A DNA stretch of 20,000 nt. Origin: an uncultured virus (IMG/VR IMGVR_UViG_3300037067_004188). Its lineage: Duplodnaviria > Heunggongvirae > Uroviricota > Caudoviricetes. Each line of letters starts with the position of its first letter. Positions within the stretch are counted from its first letter, which is position 1. The position numbers and the translations under genes were made by a program. Of the stretch, positions 1 to 8,012 are shown piece by piece. Under the pieces are notes generated by a model. The model had not been told where the DNA came from and searched no databases. It worked only from the letters and a program-made list of their open reading frames with translations. The stretch lies in the IMG/VR virus record IMGVR_UViG_3300037067_004188. The stretch is one strand, 5' to 3'.

Positions 1-279
1 TTTAAGATACCAATTATCGTTGTCGTTCAAATTAATAGGGGTCCAGAAGGGAGAGCAGATAAACGACCCATGTTATCAGATTTAAGGGAGTCGGGAAGTA
101 TAGAGCAGGACGCAGACACCGTATGCCTTATCTATCGAGATTCCTATTACAACAAGGATAATCCTGATAATACCACCGAGATAATATTGGCAAAACAGCG
201 AAACGGACCCACAGGAACAATCAAATTATATTTTGACGAGAAATGCACGAAGTTCAGCAATTTGGAGAAACAAAGATGA
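1..279 (+). CDS. dnaB: Replicative DnaB-like helicase, C-terminal fragment (gene starts before the window)
   Basis: Frame open from base 1: FKIPIIVVVQINRGPEGRADKRPMLSDLRESGSIEQDAD...IILAKQRNGPTG, matching the DnaB C-terminal motifs. Confidence 0.95.
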   Translation, partial: FKIPIIVVVQINRGPEGRADKRPMLSDLRESGSIEQDADTVCLIYRDSYYNKDNPDNTTEIILAKQRNGPTGTIKLYFDEKCTKFSNLEKQR

Positions 280-383
280 CAAAAACCTATCGGACATTGC
301 GATTTATAGTCTGTAAATCTGGGTTATTCAAATCTATAACCCAGGCAATGATTCTAACGTGGCTACGGAAGCATAATATTTGA
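276..383 (+). CDS. Small hypothetical protein (35 aa)
   Basis: ATGA overlap with the dnaB stop; MTKTYRTLRFIVCKSGLFKSITQAMILTWLRKHNI; fills the gap before the HNH gene. Confidence 0.4.
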   Translation: MTKTYRTLRFIVCKSGLFKSITQAMILTWLRKHNI

Positions 384-396
384 TCTGAAAGGCAAT

Positions 397-909
397 ATGG
401 AAATCCTATGTGTTGATGGCATTAAAAGAGACTTTGATGAAACCAGAAATATCGGGTTCTACTGCGTAAACTGTAAAAAATATCACATCTATAAGCCACA
501 GGAGCATACTTGCGAATTGACCTATAAGACTCTTGCTACTGGAGGCAAAGATCGCTATGGGCATTATTTCAACTTTACCGGGCATGAGGGTCATGGGTGC
601 TTTTGGTGTGGCAAGAAGCTGAATAAGGCTAATAAACGGTATTGCAATCAGGAATGCTCCCATGAATATTTAAGGCATTTCTACTGGAGTGCGGCACGTT
701 ATTGGTGTTTGGAGCGTTATGGTAATAAATGTCAGGGATGCGGTTCTAAGGATGATCTTGAAGTTCACCATATTGACCCCGTGGGTAAGGATGGCTATGG
801 ATGGCATACCAAGAACCGTCCAGAGAATCTTATACCGTTATGTGTAAAGTGTCATGGTGAGACCAGAAGGAAAGTAGAATATAAGCCAGAACAATTGGCT
901 TTATTCTAA
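397..909 (+). CDS. HNH endonuclease with N-terminal Zn-binding motifs
   Basis: CQGCG...LEVHHIDP...NRPENLIPLCVKCH is an HNH signature; extra CxxC and YCxxxC motifs upstream; ends in QLALF. Confidence 0.9.
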   Translation: MEILCVDGIKRDFDETRNIGFYCVNCKKYHIYKPQEHTCELTYKTLATGGKDRYGHYFNFTGHEGHGCFWCGKKLNKANKRYCNQECSHEYLRHFYWSAARYWCLERYGNKCQGCGSKDDLEVHHIDPVGKDGYGWHTKNRPENLIPLCVKCHGETRRKVEYKPEQLALF

Positions 910-921
910 AAGGAGATTGAA

Positions 922-1353
922 ATGTCACTAGAAAAGATTTGCGTTAGTTTAGAGATGGCGGAAAGGTTGCATGAAGCGGGAATCATGATTGAATCGGTAT
1001 TTAGTTGGGTAAAAATATCATGGGATACTGGTTGTATGGAAAACTTTGAATTAATGTCGTGTAATGATCTTATTCCATACCAACTAGAAGAAGGATATAA
1101 AATAGAATCTTATCCAGCACCGGCTGCTGAGGAGATTGAATTGCCATCCCATATAACTACCTATCAATGCGGTTGTGAGGATTGTAAGGGGCAATATCAA
1201 TGCTTTAATATCATTATACGGCATACTACGACAAATCCAAAGATGTCTGAGGCTAGAGCAGAAATGTTGCTCTGGCTAACAGAGAACGGATATTTGAAAG
1301 GAGATAGGAATGAACCAAAATCACATACCAAAGAAAGCGAAAAAAGAATATAA
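922..1353 (+). CDS. Hypothetical phage protein
   Basis: AAGGAG RBS; 143-aa ORF in operon context. Confidence 0.75.
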   Translation: MSLEKICVSLEMAERLHEAGIMIESVFSWVKISWDTGCMENFELMSCNDLIPYQLEEGYKIESYPAPAAEEIELPSHITTYQCGCEDCKGQYQCFNIIIRHTTTNPKMSEARAEMLLWLTENGYLKGDRNEPKSHTKESEKRI

Positions 1354-1459
1354 ATGCGAAACATGCGGTAAAATAATAAAAAAGGGCGATTATTATTATT
1401 TTCTTAGATATTATTTTTATAATCATCGTATATGTAAAACTTGCGCTGAAGGGAGATAG
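1310..1459 (+). CDS. Small zinc-finger protein (49 aa)
   Basis: AAGGAG RBS; MNQNHIPKKAKKEYKCETCGKIIKKGDYYY...HRICKTCAEGR with two CxxC pairs; below the ORF-track size cutoff. Confidence 0.65.
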   Translation: MNQNHIPKKAKKEYKCETCGKIIKKGDYYYFLRYYFYNHRICKTCAEGR

Positions 1460-1461
1460 AA

Positions 1462-1578
1462 ATGTCACTAGAAATGATATGCGTTAGTTTGGAGACTGCT
1501 GAGAATCTGGTTTCTGAGATATTTTGGCAATGGATAGACGAAAAGGGCTTGTTTAGATTAATGGAGGTTACACAATGA
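1462..1578 (+). CDS. Short paralogue or remnant of the 922..1353 gene (38 aa)
   Basis: MSLEMICVSLETAENL versus MSLEKICVSLEMAERL; GGAG RBS; ATGA overlap with the next gene. Confidence 0.55.
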   Translation: MSLEMICVSLETAENLVSEIFWQWIDEKGLFRLMEVTQ

Positions 1579-2180
1579 GAGAAGTTAAAGAAAGCGATAA
1601 GCTAGCAGAAACTTTGGTAGTAAGAGATACTTTTGAAATCTCAGCTAAGTCAATTCAAGAGTTCGATGCTCTGATGATTGAGATTCAGAAGAAGCAAGAA
1701 CAGTTCCCACAGTTCAGCATGGATATTACTTGCGAATGGGAAACGATGGACACCGGGCTGGTGGTTGATGGTACGGACAAGCGTACCATAAAGGCTAAAA
1801 AATTGCAACCAGATAAATGGGCGCCCTTCATGAATCGTATCAGGAAGGCAGAGGAAGAAATCTTGACATATCTCAATGCAGGCAAAGAAGAAGATCAGGA
1901 AAAAACGATTCCTGTCTTTTCCTGCAATGTCAAACTTCGTATTGAGAAAAAGGACAAAGAGGCACAGAAGGCACTTGAGGACGCAGACCAGCTTTATCTT
2001 TTCACGCCTTATAAGGCAGTAAGGGATATGGATGACAAAGAGCGGAAGGAATTCATTGAGCAGAATAATGGTCTTTTCCAGAGACTTATGCCTGATGGTG
2101 AAAATATCAGCAAGGTGACATTTACACACATCAAAGAGGATGGGTCAAAAGGTAATGAGGTTGTGTTAAACGCAAAATGA
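1575..2180 (+). CDS. Hypothetical protein
   Basis: GGAGG RBS; 201-aa ORF. Confidence 0.8.
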   Translation: MREVKESDKLAETLVVRDTFEISAKSIQEFDALMIEIQKKQEQFPQFSMDITCEWETMDTGLVVDGTDKRTIKAKKLQPDKWAPFMNRIRKAEEEILTYLNAGKEEDQEKTIPVFSCNVKLRIEKKDKEAQKALEDADQLYLFTPYKAVRDMDDKERKEFIEQNNGLFQRLMPDGENISKVTFTHIKEDGSKGNEVVLNAK

Positions 2181-2254
2181 AATTATATTTCGAGAGGGGA
2201 TGATGCCATGAGATAATCTAAGTGCAGGTTTAAGATTTATCGAGAATACTCTTC

Positions 2255-2293
2255 GGCGACCATTGCAAACAACAATACTCAGCAATGGTCGCC
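2255..2293. terminator. Perfect 12-bp inverted repeat between convergent operons, probable terminator or RNA hairpin
   Basis: ggcgaccattgc-N15-gcaatggtcgcc; no strong U-tract on either side. Confidence 0.5.
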
Positions 2294-2297
2294 TATC

Positions 2298-2591
2298 CTA
2301 CTCCTTTCTGGTAATCACCACGCTGGTTATTTGTCCATAGCTAATTATATTAATATTACCATTACTGTTATAACATGATATTAACCACTTGGTTAGCCTT
2401 GCTACCCTCATGCCATTGACCAGTACCTTATTGCCATTCTCTAGTTCCTTCTGGATCAAATCCCTAACCTTTTCTTGATTGATCGTCAGAGAATTCCTTA
2501 ACCTCTTCATCTCTCCAAGTATACTCACAAACCTATTGTTGATATGCTCATAACTGTCCTCTGGTAACTTCTCATTTTCAATGTAAGTCAT
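2298..2591 (-). CDS. Hypothetical protein
   Basis: AAGGAG RBS directly after the methyltransferase stop. Confidence 0.7.
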   Translation of the reverse strand: MTYIENEKLPEDSYEHINNRFVSILGEMKRLRNSLTINQEKVRDLIQKELENGNKVLVNGMRVARLTKWLISCYNSNGNINIISYGQITSVVITRKE

Positions 2592-2601
2592 AATACTCCT
2601 T

Positions 2602-4071
2602 TCACCATAACTCAGGCTGATACACCGTTGACGCTATACGTCTCTCTGCCATCTTCACGTAGTCGGCATTGCTGTCTATCAGAACGTAATGCCTGCCCAT
2701 TGCCTTTGCCTGAACTGCCGTACTTCCCGATCCCCCGAATGGATCCAATATTACTCCTACATGATAAGTCGGATTTTCACAATCACAAGTCGTCAATCCA
2801 TTATTAACGTATTCGTAAGAATCAATATAGGGTGTGCTATTTTGTCCTATTGATGATTTCTTTGAACCACCGCCAGCACAAACTTTATCCCCACACCCAT
2901 AAATTTTCTCTCTTGGTAAACCACAGGTATCGCATATCTGAAAGGGAACACTGGTATCAATTACCCTTTCGGCTAAATCAGTACAGAATACTGCGAAGTG
3001 ACTATCATGTAATCCCCTGGTGGAAATAGACCACACTGCTCTGCAATTTCGCATAGGATTATTAGTATTTCTGACTTTCTCTGCATACCTTCGTTGTTTC
3101 TCTATGGAATATCCAGCGTGTATGCTAGTTGCCTTTTCGGAATTAAATTCATTATTTGCTCTGATAATACTGGAATCCTGTTGTGGCTCGAATTGCTGAT
3201 TGAAGTAATAATCTCTGCCTTGCCAATTAGACTTCTTCTTCTTACCTGTATTGCCACAAACTCTACATCCCGCTCCTTGACACTGACGACAATCATCCCA
3301 ATCCCAATCTATACCCTCTATGCCCTTTATACCCAATGGCTTTTTGGAAACCATCCGCTTCGTCTTGGTATTCTTCCACCAAAGAGTCTTACTATTTTTA
3401 CAGACAAAAAAGATAGGCTCATAATCTATGGTAAAACGGTCAGTAGCACTCTCAGGGCAGGCGTTAGGCTTCTGCCACACAATTTTATTGCGAACTATCC
3501 AGCCAGCGTCTATCATGGCTAATTCTAACCTTGCAGGTATGCCTATCAACGATTTGGCATTGACACCCATGACGTTCCTTGCCCTGCCACACTGTATGCC
3601 ATTCTTGCCATTATACTTGTTCTTATCAAATGTTTGGTTGCCCTTCGAGGCATGTGAGTCATCTATATTTATCCATAAACTGCCCGATGGCTTTAATACC
3701 CGCATACATTCTGTGAATACTTGCATGAGATGCGCTATATACAAATCTGGATGAGATTCTTGACCCAAGTTTCCTTTCCATGCCCCACATTTAGAACAAC
3801 TTTCTTGATTTTGACGGGATATGGAAAATATGTCTTTATTTCGATTATTTCCAGTATTAGCACCAAGACCACGATAACGAAGATTGTCTATATCAGCAAC
3901 TATGTTTTGCCATTCATGGCAGCAGGAATTATCCCCATCCCATACAATCGGCTCAATGCCATAGTCCCTTGCGAAGTAATATGGGGGCGAGGTGAATACG
4001 CTGTCAAAATAACCATCTGGAAAGCCACCTAAAATGTCCAATGCGTGTCCTTGATACACACTGTCTACCAT
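2602..4071 (-). CDS. Orphan beta-class amino-DNA methyltransferase (N4-mC/N6-mA family) with Cys-rich insertions
   Basis: N-terminal catalytic motif IV FTSPPYY, RVLKPSGSLWINI, HFAVF, and C-terminal SAM-binding motif ILDPFGGSGST. Confidence 0.93.
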   Translation of the reverse strand: MVDSVYQGHALDILGGFPDGYFDSVFTSPPYYFARDYGIEPIVWDGDNSCCHEWQNIVADIDNLRYRGLGANTGNNRNKDIFSISRQNQESCSKCGAWKGNLGQESHPDLYIAHLMQVFTECMRVLKPSGSLWINIDDSHASKGNQTFDKNKYNGKNGIQCGRARNVMGVNAKSLIGIPARLELAMIDAGWIVRNKIVWQKPNACPESATDRFTIDYEPIFFVCKNSKTLWWKNTKTKRMVSKKPLGIKGIEGIDWDWDDCRQCQGAGCRVCGNTGKKKKSNWQGRDYYFNQQFEPQQDSSIIRANNEFNSEKATSIHAGYSIEKQRRYAEKVRNTNNPMRNCRAVWSISTRGLHDSHFAVFCTDLAERVIDTSVPFQICDTCGLPREKIYGCGDKVCAGGGSKKSSIGQNSTPYIDSYEYVNNGLTTCDCENPTYHVGVILDPFGGSGSTAVQAKAMGRHYVLIDSNADYVKMAERRIASTVYQPELW

Positions 4072-4080
4072 GTTATCTCC

Positions 4081-4323
4081 TTAACGTCCTGTTATTAACT
4101 GCTTCTCACAAGCACCCAACGCTTCTCTGTTGGATTTTAACCATTTTAGATTCTGACGGTTGACCTCCTTGTGGGTCAAGTCAGAACTTACGTCAATAGT
4201 TCTTTCTACTAACTCGATATATTTGGCAATACCACCCTCTTTTCGTATTTCATGCAGAAAATTGATAAAACGAATAACCTCACAATAATTCTTCAAAACT
4301 TTTTCAATATCAAATTTTTCCAT
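4081..4323 (-). CDS. Hypothetical protein
   Basis: AGGAGG RBS; operon context. Confidence 0.7.
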   Translation of the reverse strand: MEKFDIEKVLKNYCEVIRFINFLHEIRKEGGIAKYIELVERTIDVSSDLTHKEVNRQNLKWLKSNREALGACEKQLITGR

Positions 4324-4341
4324 GATAACCTCCTGTTGACT

Positions 4342-5025
4342 TTATTGTTCATCTGGAATCAATAATTTGTCTATTCTATCACGATCTTGCTTGAAAATCA
4401 CTTCATAATCCTTTGACCAAGTCCCATCCTGTTTGGATATAAACGTACCATTCTTCCAACGTGATTCTAAATCTGCCCAATTTACACCTTTCTGATGTAA
4501 CATCTCGTGTATATCAGGAGTCTGCTTATTCTTCATCTGTTTCGCAGAATAATAAACTCTTGCTAACATTTGTAAAGAATTTCGTATCCAATCCGTCTGC
4601 CTCCAGATAAAATAATTGCATACCTCCTCCCTGGGTATATTAAATACCCTAGAATCAAAATATGCACGCTTGCCAAATTTCTCGGTAAATGACACTGAAC
4701 ATACTGAACTGGAAATGGACACCATCTTCTGAATATTATAATCAAACCATGCGTCAGTATTGAACTTCTCATAATCAATTATCAAAATACTGATCTCATC
4801 CGATTGAATATAGGCACATTTAGACCCCTGGACTTCTTTCATTACCTCCAAAGAGGCAAAGTGCATACAATCATTCAGGTTTTTATCAAATGGCTTTTCA
4901 CAGCCCCTAGTCAATGTATGAAACGCCTTGCCATCCAATCGTAGTATAACTGGCGTTCTTCGCATTAAGGACGACTGCGACCTGATCTCATAATTATCCT
5001 TCATCCTGTCCGATAATGATACCAT
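4342..5025 (-). CDS. tRNA(His) guanylyltransferase Thg1-like protein (3'-5' nucleotidyltransferase)
   Basis: Motifs RLDGKAFH, YIQSDEIS, FDSR, YFIWRQxDxxRNS. AAGGAGG RBS at ~5037-5043 puts the start at ATG 5025 (or GTG 5031), not 5103. Confidence 0.93.
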   Translation of the reverse strand: MVSLSDRMKDNYEIRSQSSLMRRTPVILRLDGKAFHTLTRGCEKPFDKNLNDCMHFASLEVMKEVQGSKCAYIQSDEISILIIDYEKFNTDAWFDYNIQKMVSISSSVCSVSFTEKFGKRAYFDSRVFNIPREEVCNYFIWRQTDWIRNSLQMLARVYYSAKQMKNKQTPDIHEMLHQKGVNWADLESRWKNGTFISKQDGTWSKDYEVIFKQDRDRIDKLLIPDEQ

Positions 5026-5045
5026 TTTCACTCTAACCTCCTTTA

Positions 5046-5258
5046 TTAACAAATAACACTGCCATTCTTTTTTATGATCTCTAAGTCCTTTGGCGGTATC
5101 CAATCATACCGACCATCATCGGTCTTGATAATATACCACCCCACAGGCGCATTTAAGGTGCATAATATCAGATTATCGGAAGGTTTTACCTCCCAAAACT
5201 TCTTAATATCACTCCAATTATTACCAGTATAAAGTAAATAGTCTACCATTTTTGCCAT
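5046..5258 (-). CDS. Hypothetical phage protein
   Basis: AAGGA RBS; YTGNN...VGWYIIKTDDG; operon context. Confidence 0.7.
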   Translation of the reverse strand: MAKMVDYLLYTGNNWSDIKKFWEVKPSDNLILCTLNAPVGWYIIKTDDGRYDWIPPKDLEIIKKNGSVIC

Positions 5259-5270
5259 GATATTCCTTTG

Positions 5271-5298
5271 TTGACTTTATCAACAACTGTGGTATAAT
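5271..5298 (+). promoter_or_regulatory. Sigma70-type promoter of wHTH cassette A
   Basis: TTGACT-N16-TATAAT with TGTG extended -10; the inverted repeat ttgttga/tcaacaa (5268-5286) overlaps the -35. Confidence 0.75.
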
Positions 5299-5304
5299 AT
5301 ATCC

Positions 5305-5414
5305 GAGACATAAAGCTAATGTCTCACCTCAACTAATTGTATGGTGACTGGGTAGGGATAACCTCCGATACGAGAATCCAGTTGCCATACTTCCTTATCT
5401 CGTAAAGGAGACCT
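5305..5414 (+). ncRNA. Structured 5' leader A (candidate cis-regulatory RNA)
   Basis: Hairpin gagacat/atgtctc with loop aaagcta; long stem 5339-5351/5378-5390; loop ctcc-ga-tacgaga complementary to tctcgta-aa-ggag (SD). Same layout recurs at 10663-10809. Confidence 0.6.
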
Positions 5415-5723
5415 ATGAAACAGATATACTATAAAACCCCTTCACACCTCATTCATACCGAAGAATATCAAAAATTATCTATACCATCTAAACTACTACT
5501 AAACCACAGCCTGCAATTCTATTATAAAAGCACATTTACATATCCATACTCTACCATTATGAAAGAAACTGGATTCTGCAAATCTGTAACCAAAGACTCA
5601 ATTACTGAACTACTCAAAGAAAAATATTGGTTTCTCGTCTCGGCGGGATCCAGAGGAATCTCTGCTGTATATCGCCATAACCGAGCACTTTTAGAACCTA
5701 ATTATGACCAAATACCGTTCTAA
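5415..5723 (+). CDS. Small winged helix-turn-helix DNA-binding protein (paralogue A)
   Basis: YQKLSIPSKLLL...PYSTIMKETGFCKSVTKDSITELLKEKYW...GSRGISAVYRHN; clearly aligns with 10810..11151. Confidence 0.8.
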   Translation: MKQIYYKTPSHLIHTEEYQKLSIPSKLLLNHSLQFYYKSTFTYPYSTIMKETGFCKSVTKDSITELLKEKYWFLVSAGSRGISAVYRHNRALLEPNYDQIPF

Positions 5724-5744
5724 TTTTAGAAAAATACTATGCCC

Positions 5745-5903
5745 AAAATAACCCTATATGTAGGGTAATCTAATATAATGATATGCATAATGCCAAAAAA
5801 TAACCCTGTATGTAGGGTTATGATACTTTTTGACCCTTTTTCTATATCACGTAAAACCTTGAAAACAAACACTCTATAACCCCATAACCCTATATGTAGG
5901 GTA
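5745..5903. repeat. Three iteron/operator-like palindromes, ACCCT-N6-AGGGT
   Basis: aaaataaccctatatgtagggtaa (5745), aaaataaccctgtatgtagggtta (5797), ataaccctatatgtagggta (5884). Confidence 0.85.
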
Positions 5904-5978
5904 TACTATATACCCCACAACGCCTTGCGATACTTATTGTCCCATCCTTTCTCCATCTTTAACCTCCTTAAAATAAAC

Positions 5979-6149
5979 CTATTGAGGAAAATCTTTACTT
6001 TTTTCCCTTGTCCAACCCTTGTCCACCTTCTCAAGATACTCGTCTATAAGCCTACGAACCAACTCGCCTATACTCTTACCCGTTTCCTTGCTTATCTCAC
6101 GCAACCTCTTTATATCACGCTCTGGTATGTATACCTGCGTCCTGTGCAT
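5979..6149 (-). CDS. Ribbon-helix-helix (CopG/Arc-like) DNA-binding protein
   Basis: MHRTQVYIPERDIKRLREISKETGKSIGELVRRLIDEYL has the RHH strand-helix-G-S-helix pattern. Confidence 0.85.
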   Translation of the reverse strand: MHRTQVYIPERDIKRLREISKETGKSIGELVRRLIDEYLEKVDKGWTREKSKDFPQ

Positions 6150-6161
6150 CAAATTTATCAC

Positions 6162-6587
6162 CTACTTATTATTAACTAAATCTTCCGAAATGCCTAACGA
6201 CTCATTAAAAATATCAAGATTACCCAAATACTTCTCATATTCCCTCTGCGTCTCCTCTATAAGATGTCGGGTTATCTCATGAGCCTCTACAATACGAGAC
6301 TTATCAAGAAATATGTCCAATAAATCAGAATGAAAATCAATACTTTTTTCTATCCATGTGTATTGTCGAAGATACAACCTGAGCAGTTCAGCCCTTTTCC
6401 ACCCATGAACTAATCTAATACATAAGGTATCACAGGTAAAGTATAAAACTATATCCGAATACTTAGTTATACCATAACCAAATCCAGCATTAGTATTCCT
6501 GATTAGCTGATTACCCAACTTGACCAGATCACACCCAAAACTACTCGATAGGAATATGCGCTTTTCATCATCTGTTAGCTGTTCCAT
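6162..6587 (-). CDS. Hypothetical protein
   Basis: GGAGGTG RBS and a promoter immediately upstream. Confidence 0.75.
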   Translation of the reverse strand: MEQLTDDEKRIFLSSSFGCDLVKLGNQLIRNTNAGFGYGITKYSDIVLYFTCDTLCIRLVHGWKRAELLRLYLRQYTWIEKSIDFHSDLLDIFLDKSRIVEAHEITRHLIEETQREYEKYLGNLDIFNESLGISEDLVNNK

Positions 6588-6605
6588 AATATCACCTCCA
6601 TAATA

Positions 6606-6635
6606 ATTATACCACTATCCAATGTATATTGTCAA
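6606..6635 (-). promoter_or_regulatory. Leftward sigma70-type promoter
   Basis: Minus strand TTGACA-N18-TATAAT with TG extension, followed by the GGAGGTG RBS of the 6587 gene. Confidence 0.75.
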
Positions 6636-6813
6636 GCGACTTCTTTGTTGCCAACCTGTAATATGATAGCCTAATTTCTCATTTTTTATGCGGAGGTGTT
6701 CATTAATTACAATCACAACAAGGCGGTGGCATGGGGGTCTGCCCCTCCCGTGTGGAATGTGTGTATGCATAGTCGTGTGCATGTGCGAATCCTTATATGT
6801 AAGGTAGGAATTC

Positions 6814-6893
6814 AGGCATAGGCAAGGCAAGTCTGGTCATATTTCTATCTATGGGCAGGCATAAGTCAACATATTTAAGGCACAAAACAGGCA
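6814..6893. repeat. Cluster of short AGGCA direct repeats in the non-coding divergent region
   Basis: AGGCA at 6814, 6820, 6825, 6857, 6878 and 6889. Confidence 0.55.
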
Positions 6894-6998
6894 TAAACAC
6901 TAATATCCATGCTTATTTGCTCTGCTCTGCATAACTATCATTATGTGGCATTGCGTTATCCTGTCCGCTTCTGGCTCTCTCAGGCTGAAAATAAATAC

Positions 6999-7027
6999 TT
7001 GACAAAAACTTAATATGGGTTTATACT
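6999..7027 (+). promoter_or_regulatory. Strong rightward (early-type) promoter
   Basis: TTGACA-N17-TATACT preceded by an A/T-rich UP-like tract. Confidence 0.85.
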
Positions 7028-7104
7028 GGTTAATAGTGCAAGGGAGCAGACACGGACAAGCTGGATCAGTAGACACACTCACTCACACAGAAGGAGATAA
7101 GGGA

Positions 7105-7287
7105 ATGAATAGCATGTATGATTATCAAGGTTATGAGGCTTTATTAGTGTGGTTAATGAGTATAGGGATAAATGACTGGTTAGAAATAGTATCTCTCATA
7201 GGAGGAGAGGTAGAAGTAGCGGAGTCATGTTTCAGATTGAAAATAAGCGGGTGCAATTCCCGCTCTCACAACAGGTATACTTGCTAA
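7105..7287 (+). CDS. Small hypothetical protein
   Basis: AAGGAG RBS at ~7091 supports ATG 7105 rather than 7015, which lies inside the promoter. Confidence 0.55.
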   Translation: MNSMYDYQGYEALLVWLMSIGINDWLEIVSLIGGEVEVAESCFRLKISGCNSRSHNRYTC

Positions 7288-7302
7288 TAAGGAGATTTAA
7301 TC

Positions 7303-7485
7303 ATGATATTAATAATGGTTCTATTAGTGATAGTTCCGGTGTTTTTAAATGCTTTTGGTAATAGACGACATGATAGGCTTATAAGAGTCTTGCGTCATGA
7401 GTGTATCGAGTCATGGCGTACCTCTCACAAGTTTGGTTACAAGATTTATGAGAGTTATAACTTGTCAGTAATCTATACCAGATAA
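7303..7485 (+). CDS. Small membrane-anchored protein
   Basis: AAGGAG RBS; hydrophobic N-terminus MILIMVLLVIVPVFL. Confidence 0.65.
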   Translation: MILIMVLLVIVPVFLNAFGNRRHDRLIRVLRHECIESWRTSHKFGYKIYESYNLSVIYTR

Positions 7486-7497
7486 GGAGTTTACGAC

Positions 7498-7668
7498 ATG
7501 GAATTAAAAACAAAATGGGTTTGTCCGGGTTGTAAGAAAAGGAATGTTTTAATCTCGTCTCTTGATAAGTTGGGAATCCCAACGGTCAAGAGCGGGTCAA
7601 AGTGTATTTGTGGAGTGGATCGTTATTCAGACAGATATTATCAGCTTAAATTAAAGTCAGCGAAGTAG
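7498..7668 (+). CDS. Small Zn-ribbon-like protein (56 aa)
   Basis: AAGGAG RBS; MELKTKWVCPGCKKRN...KCICG; absent from the ORF track. Confidence 0.7.
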   Translation: MELKTKWVCPGCKKRNVLISSLDKLGIPTVKSGSKCICGVDRYSDRYYQLKLKSAK

Positions 7669-7731
7669 TAATTAGGGTTGAATCTCTACCATGTCTATCA
7701 AAATAGTAGAGATTGATTAAGGGGGTTTATC

Positions 7732-7968
7732 ATGTATATATCGAAGTCACTTAGGGACGCATTTAGCGAAAAGATAGATGCTATTAATGAATTGATGAGT
7801 CATACAGTAATGAAAATAGTAATGAAGATAGAAAATAATCCAGAAAACAGCGATCAGTTTCGTATTGCTCTAGCTGGTGGTGTGTCTGAATGGATCAGTA
7901 GATCAGAGTTAGAGGACAGGACAGACAATATTTTGTTAGCATTGAGAAATGGGACAATCGAGTTATAA
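7732..7968 (+). CDS. Hypothetical protein
   Basis: GGGGG RBS; operon context. Confidence 0.7.
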   Translation: MYISKSLRDAFSEKIDAINELMSHTVMKIVMKIENNPENSDQFRIALAGGVSEWISRSELEDRTDNILLALRNGTIEL

Positions 7969-8012
7969 CAATCATAGTGCTGGCTATCACGTTAAACTGG
8001 CTGGAGGTAATC

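Noticed and set aside
2832..4032. Plus-strand ORFs antisense to the methyltransferase, and similar shadow ORFs (406-663, 1650-2129, 11820-12119, 13997-14317, 15816-16157, 17822-18139)
   Set aside because: They lie opposite better-supported genes and show no recognisable protein motifs.
5745..5903. Palindromic repeats (also 11140-11229) as mini-CRISPR arrays
   Set aside because: Repeats are only 16-24 bp and the spacing is irregular (about 52 and 84 nt; 32 and 42 nt), which fits protein-binding sites better.
6615..7082. ORFs 6615-6830, 6900-7082 and the 7015 start
   Set aside because: They overlap promoters and low-complexity regulatory sequence and have no clear RBS.
7200..7270. tRNA suggested by the T-arm-like gcgggtgcaattcccgc
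   Set aside because: No convincing D arm, anticodon arm or 7-bp acceptor stem.
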